The notes below the pieces were generated by a model. That model had not been told where the DNA came from, made no database searches, and saw only the letters and a program-made list of their open reading frames with translations. A program made the position numbers and the translations under genes. Of a stretch of 64,000 bases of DNA, positions 61,501 through 64,000 are shown piece by piece; within the stretch, counting starts at the first letter, position 1, and each line of letters opens with the position of its first letter. Source of the stretch: Schmidtea nova (taxonomy: Eukaryota); assembly GCA_044892505.1 (NCBI GenBank), contig CM097883.1, forward strand, positions 421,104,001 to 421,168,000, written 5' to 3'.

Positions 61501-63637
61501 CATTTTAACGCATGAAAAATTTAGTGGCCCTCTAACTCATTTGAAAATTTTTTACTAGGGAGGCGGTAGTGGTGCAGGAGCTATTAATTGTCAACTATCT
61601 AGAAAGACTTTTAAGGAGTCTAGGAACAAGATATACATAATGATGTTGAAAATTCAAAATTTGATACGTTTAAAGATTACTCGCACGAATTGACATTGTT
61701 TGAAGATTTGGATTGTAAAGAAATTGAGTTAAATATTTATTCATGGACGGAATGTGATTGACAAAAGGCAGGCTGGACATATTTAAATGATGGGAAAATA
61801 TTAGAAATGTCTTTGAATAATTTTGAAGTTAAATCAAATGAAAATTAAAATGCTATCGAACTTCCTGAGACTAAAACATTACACGGTGATGCGATAAAAG
61901 CTATAAATATTATTATAAAATAATAGGAACAGCAGGTTGAATATGAAAATTTGAATACAATTATTATTTATATTATAAAAAATTGACAGAAAAAGGGAGG
62001 GAGGAATGTAAGCAAATGAAAATTGTGGATTTATTTAAAAATTATAATTTTGTTTTTTTAAAATTAATTTTATGTTTTCATATCCAAATTATTTAAAAAT
62101 AGTTATCCTCAAAATTCGATTAATGGGAATTTTACTGTAAAGTTTGTTATTTATTTAAGGTAATGTTCATTACATAAGTATTTTTTTATTTTCTTTGTTA
62201 AGAAACGAAAAGGTAACGAAAGCCAGCATATATAGGCTTGTATTACTTTGGAAATTAAATATTAATGTAGGATTTCTCATTTAATAGTATGACCTATGCA
62301 TTAGATAGTGTTAATATTTCATTTATTAGTGTGTTTTTTTGGTAATTTTTATAATTTATTTATAATTATTCTTAAGATGAATTTAAATACAAAATAAAAG
62401 TATAAGTGACTAAATGACAAAAAATAAGTAATACATTTATTTAGTAATAAAATTCATCTAAATTATTATAAATAAATTATCACAATTACCAAAAAATACT
62501 AATAAAAAATACTAATACATTATCTAATCAAACATTAACAGTATACTATCAAATGAAAAACCCTATATAGATTTCCTGTTAACTGCATACCATTCCAGAG
62601 ACATAGTCAGTTGAATGATATGTGTAATAACGCTGAACATAGGAAAATTGTTTAAGGACAACAAATTTTTAAATTGTGCACTAAAATTTTGATAATTGCT
62701 GGTTAAGGGTTTTATGTGAAGTATCGATGGTTAAACGTTGAGCCCCGCTTTGTAAAATCGTATTGTTCATGTACGTACCGACAATTTCATTTATTGTAAA
62801 TGACGCATAGAATTTTTAAAATATTTTTTTAGTATATAATATTTTGAGTTTGACATTTTAACAGCTCTAATCAATTATTTAAATTTCTTCTTCAGGCTGG
62901 TCACCCTGTTCCAAAGTAGAATAAACCGTGTGCCCACCCGTAAGCACGTGGGGCGATAGTGTTGCAGAGAGGGTAACGCACCGGTGAGCATGCGGGGCTC
63001 AATGTGTCAAATACAAATCCTCTAAAAATTTTACACGAATGTATTGAAATTATATTTTATATTCAGTAAGTCATAGCTGTTTTCATATATAGTATTTGAC
63101 ATTGGTCATATATTATACTAATGATGAGGATCATTTCCTTTGAAATATATTTCAATTACTAAACATTTTAATTTATTTGTTTTAAATTTGATTACTTGTA
63201 GATTGAATTGCTGTGCATTTGTGGAGTAAACCACAAACATGAAACTATTAAACCAGAACAGAACAACATTACAAATTTATATTTTTATCGCTTGTCGGAA
63301 TAAATTATAGCTAACAGCAATGAAATACGGCAACAAAGATAGTGATATTGTAAGGCAAATGCTCAGTAACAAATAAAATGAGCCGGTTGCAAATTTCATC
63401 GACTGATTGGTTGGCAGAAAATGACCCAAATTTATTGGGTCATTTGATGAGCGAAAATCTATATAAATATTTCTCATGATTACAAAGAAAATAAGATAAC
63501 TTACAATAATTCATGAAAATCCACAAAAAGTTTATCAAACACAATTTGAATGAAAACATTGTTGAGAAATATTCTAAATTATTTTTGTTATGACAATTTA
63601 TATGTGTTATACAAATTGGACTCTAGAACCGTAGAAT

Positions 63638-63723
63638 GTATGGTGAAGTGCGTATGACATTGGTGGGATGAATGCACTTACAGTGCTTATGTATATCTTG
63701 CATAATACTTGAATGCTGTCGAG

Positions 63724-63761
<38 letters not shown>

Positions 63762-64000
63762 GTTATAACTTTTTCATAACCCCATTATCATGTGTCATAA
63801 ATAGTGTTGTTTCTATAAAGACAAGAAAATCATGCTTTATTTTAAAAATCTATTTTACGCAAATTTCTGCGTATTCAAACAAATCTTTACATCTCCCCGT
63901 GATTTTCGTCTTCGTTCTCGTTAAAACTTGTTTCAAAATCATCAAGATATCGAGGTCTTCTGGTCCTGACTCTACGTTCATCACGGCGCAATGAGTCGAG
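63638..64000 (-). mobile_element. 3' end of an LTR retrotransposon running off the window
   Basis: Integrase-tail-like RRVRTRRPRYLDDF, then PPT GGGGAGA (63898-63892) directly followed by TGTAAAG (LTR start 63891); LTR far end uncertain. Confidence 0.6.
63726..63757. repeat. (AT)n microsatellite
   Basis: 16 AT units, probably inside the LTR. Confidence 0.95.

Noticed and set aside
1-64000. Naming the source organism, and rRNA/tRNA genes
   Set aside because: Short introns and AT richness suggest a compact invertebrate genome but are not diagnostic; no rRNA or tRNA gene was recognisable.

Overview
AT-rich eukaryotic (animal-like) scaffold, mostly transposable elements, with a 299-N gap at 37617-37915. 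Few host coding sequences are supportable: a complete 3-exon ADAT2 with 45-46 nt introns, a DEDD C-terminal-like exon, a small single-pass membrane protein exon and an N/P/Q-rich hypothetical exon. TE content: mariner/Tc1 relics, an internally deleted piggyBac, several hAT copies and MITEs, two Mutator-like foldback elements, three CsRn1-type Ty3/Gypsy copies, a Penelope-like GIY-YIG fragment, a gag-only element with a tRNA-Trp PBS and two pieces of a NeSL/R2-clade non-LTR family. The most notable items are (i) a very young Ty3/Gypsy element with identical 131-bp AGT...ACT LTRs, a 5-bp TSD, a slippery heptamer plus predicted pseudoknot at gag/pol and a second slippery-like break before integrase, nested in a reconstructable hAT; and (ii) a ~5.6-kb degraded NeSL-like ORF carrying a Ulp1/C48 protease and ~800 aa of unassigned N-terminal sequence. 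All assignments come from manual translation and motif recognition; no searches were run.
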